Source: Dehalococcoidia bacterium (lineage in GTDB: Bacteria; Chloroflexota; Dehalococcoidia; SHYB01). Taken from it: 32,000 nucleotides of DNA. The notes beneath the pieces are model-generated. The model was not told the DNA's origin and made no database searches. It worked only from the letters and a program-made list of their open reading frames with translations. The stretch covers positions 566,088 through 598,087 of the forward strand of contig CAXXHW010000001.1 in assembly GCA_963666265.2 (NCBI GenBank), given 5' to 3'. Below, one piece after another: positions 30,375 through 32,000 of this stretch; the first letter of the stretch is position 1, and each line of letters opens with the position of its first letter. Made by a program: the position numbers and the translations under genes.

Positions 30375-32000
30375 ATGCGACTGACCAGACTCTTCGGCAA
30401 AACGCAGCGTGAGGACCCGGCGGATGCCGAGACCGCAAGCCACCGGCTCATGATGAAGGCGGGGCTGATCGCCCCCCTGGCGGCAGGCCTCTACAGCATT
30501 CTTCCCATGGGCTGGCGCGCCATCCAAAATCTGGAGCGGGTCATCCGCGAGGAGATGGACCAGGCCGGCGGCCAGGAGCTTCGCATGCCGGTCCTCCAGC
30601 CGTTGGAGATATGGGAGGAATCCGGCCGTCGCGCCGGTTTCGGCAAAGGCATGTTTGCCCTGCAGGACAGGCGTGGCCGGGACATGGTGCTGGCCCCCAC
30701 CCATGAAGAGGTGATCGTCTACCTGGTGCGCCAGCATGTCAGCTCCTACCGCGACCTTCCCCAGATGCTCTACCAGATTCAGAGCAAGTTCCGTGACGAG
30801 CCGCGTCCCCGTGCCGGCCTGCTGCGGGTCCGGGAGTTCGACATGAAGGACCTGTACAGCTTCGATGCCGACGAGGAGGGGATGGAGGTCAGCTACAAGC
30901 GCATGCTGGAGGCCTATCGCAACATCTTCTCCCGGTGCGGGCTGCCCTCGTTGCAGGTGGAGGCCGATAGCGGCGCCATCGGTGGAAAGGACTCCCACGA
31001 GTTCATCCTTCCGGCGGAGAGCGGCGAGGACCAGGTCCTCCGGTGCTCCTCATGCGGCTACGCCGCCAACCGGGAGCGGGCCAGGAGCGTCAAGCCTGTC
31101 TTGAGCCAAGCCGAAGGGTCCGATGCGGCCGCAACCGGTGCCCTTCCCCTGGAGCCCGTCGACACGCCGGGGCTCAAGACCATCGAGGAGCTCTCCCAGT
31201 TCCTGGGTATCTCGAAGCAACAGACCATCAAGGCGGTCTTCTACAACATCGACGGCGAGGTCGTCTTCGTCGCCATTCGGGGAGACCTGGAAGTCAACGA
31301 GGTAAAGCTCCAGAACTTGCTCGGAGCCAAAGAGCTGCGGCTGGCCTCCGACCAGGAGGTGCAGGCGGTGGGGCTTGTGGCCGGGTCGGCGTCGCCGGTG
31401 GGGCTGGCGGGCCGGGTCAAGATCGTGGCCGACGACTCCGTCACCATGGGGTCCAACTTCGTCGTCGGCGCCAACGAGCCGGACGTTCATCTTCGCAACG
31501 CCAACTACCCTCGGGACTTTCAGGCGGACCTGCTGGCCGACATCGCCAACGCCGAGGAGGGGCACGGCTGTCCCACCTGCGGCAACCCCCTGGACATGAC
31601 CCGGGGCATCGAGGTGGGGCATGTCTTCAAGTTCGGGACATCGATGAGCGAGAAGCTGGGGGCATATTACCTGGACCGAGAGGGGGTCCAGCACCCGGTG
31701 GCCATGGGCAGCTACGGCATCGGCGTGGGGAGGCTTCTCGCAGCGGCGGTCGAGCAGAACCACGACGACAAGGGGATCATCTGGCCCGCCCCCATCGCTC
31801 CCTACCAGGTCCACATGGTCGCCCTGGGCAACAGCCCCGAGGTGACCGCCGAGGCGGACCGCCTCTATGAGGAGCTCCAGCAAGCCGGCCTCCAGGTCCT
31901 GTACGACGACCGCGAGGAATCGGCGGGGGTCAAGTTCAACGACGCCGACCTGCTGGGCATGCCCGTCCGCATGACCGTCAGCGCCCGCAACCTCAAAAAC
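30375..32000 (+). CDS. proS: prolyl-tRNA synthetase, bacterial type with INS editing domain (3' end beyond window)
   Basis: Absent from the track because it is open-ended. Hand translation from ATG 30375 stays in frame through 32000: MRLTRLFGKTQREDPADAETASHRLMMKAGLI..., motif 2 FRDEPRPRAGLLRVREFDMKD, INS region IKAVFYNIDGEVVFVAIRGDLEVNEVKL, motif 3 GSYGIGVGRLLAAAVE. Confidence 0.93.
   Translation, partial: MRLTRLFGKTQREDPADAETASHRLMMKAGLIAPLAAGLYSILPMGWRAIQNLERVIREEMDQAGGQELRMPVLQPLEIWEESGRRAGFGKGMFALQDRRGRDMVLAPTHEEVIVYLVRQHVSSYRDLPQMLYQIQSKFRDEPRPRAGLLRVREFDMKDLYSFDADEEGMEVSYKRMLEAYRNIFSRCGLPSLQVEADSGAIGGKDSHEFILPAESGEDQVLRCSSCGYAANRERARSVKPVLSQAEGSDAAATGALPLEPVDTPGLKTIEELSQFLGISKQQTIKAVFYNIDGEVVFVAIRGDLEVNEVKLQNLLGAKELRLASDQEVQAVGLVAGSASPVGLAGRVKIVADDSVTMGSNFVVGANEPDVHLRNANYPRDFQADLLADIANAEEGHGCPTCGNPLDMTRGIEVGHVFKFGTSMSEKLGAYYLDREGVQHPVAMGSYGIGVGRLLAAAVEQNHDDKGIIWPAPIAPYQVHMVALGNSPEVTAEADRLYEELQQAGLQVLYDDREESAGVKFNDADLLGMPVRMTVSARNLKN

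Noticed and set aside
30168-31883. Three ~275-aa ORFs (30168..30998 -, 31043..31870 +, 31050..31883 -) in the proS region
   Set aside because: All are alternative frames of the proS coding sequence. My hand translation shows proS is continuous from 30375 to the window end. The real gene is missing from the track only because it lacks a stop in the window.

Overview
Visibly GC-rich, densely coding bacterial chromosomal window with about 30 genes. No rRNA, tRNA, CRISPR array, transposase or phage genes were recognised. Taxon cannot be fixed from sequence alone; the gene content and repeat families suggest a Chloroflexi- or Actinobacteria-like genome, which is inference only.

Left third: partial alpha/beta hydrolase, endonuclease IV, Bcp peroxiredoxin, YfcH-type epimerase, then hydantoinase/oxoprolinase A and B subunits split by an F420/LLM-type oxidoreductase. 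Next come two ion-channel genes, a frameshifted MthK-like K+ channel and an MscS channel. Both sit behind the same duplicated promoter/leader/5'-CDS module.

Middle: a reverse-strand FGGY kinase, class II aldolase and orf122 operon. It is followed by an 11-kb reverse-strand hopanoid cluster: polyprenyl synthase, hpnH, orf132, hpnG, shc, ispG, hpnC, hpnD, hpnE and an atypical 2-hydroxyacid-dehydrogenase homolog.

Right third: ftsH, a GreA-like factor with an extra N-terminal domain, an FmdB zinc-ribbon gene, an acyl-CoA dehydrogenase and the 5' part of proS.

Most interesting observations:
- A dehydrogenase homolog lacking the carboxylate-binding Arg and the catalytic Glu, translationally coupled to hpnE. 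It is a candidate for the unassigned reductive step of hopanoid side-chain synthesis.
- An unknown 132-aa ORF wedged between hpnH and hpnG.
- An FtsH whose protease domain carries an inserted, diverged copy of its own N-terminal extracytoplasmic domain.
- The duplicated channel leader, which creates a 32-codon uORF ending 1 nt before the K+ channel start.
- A GreA fusion protein.
- Three families of intergenic repeats. One is a GC-rich palindromic unit that supplies the TAG stop of three genes.
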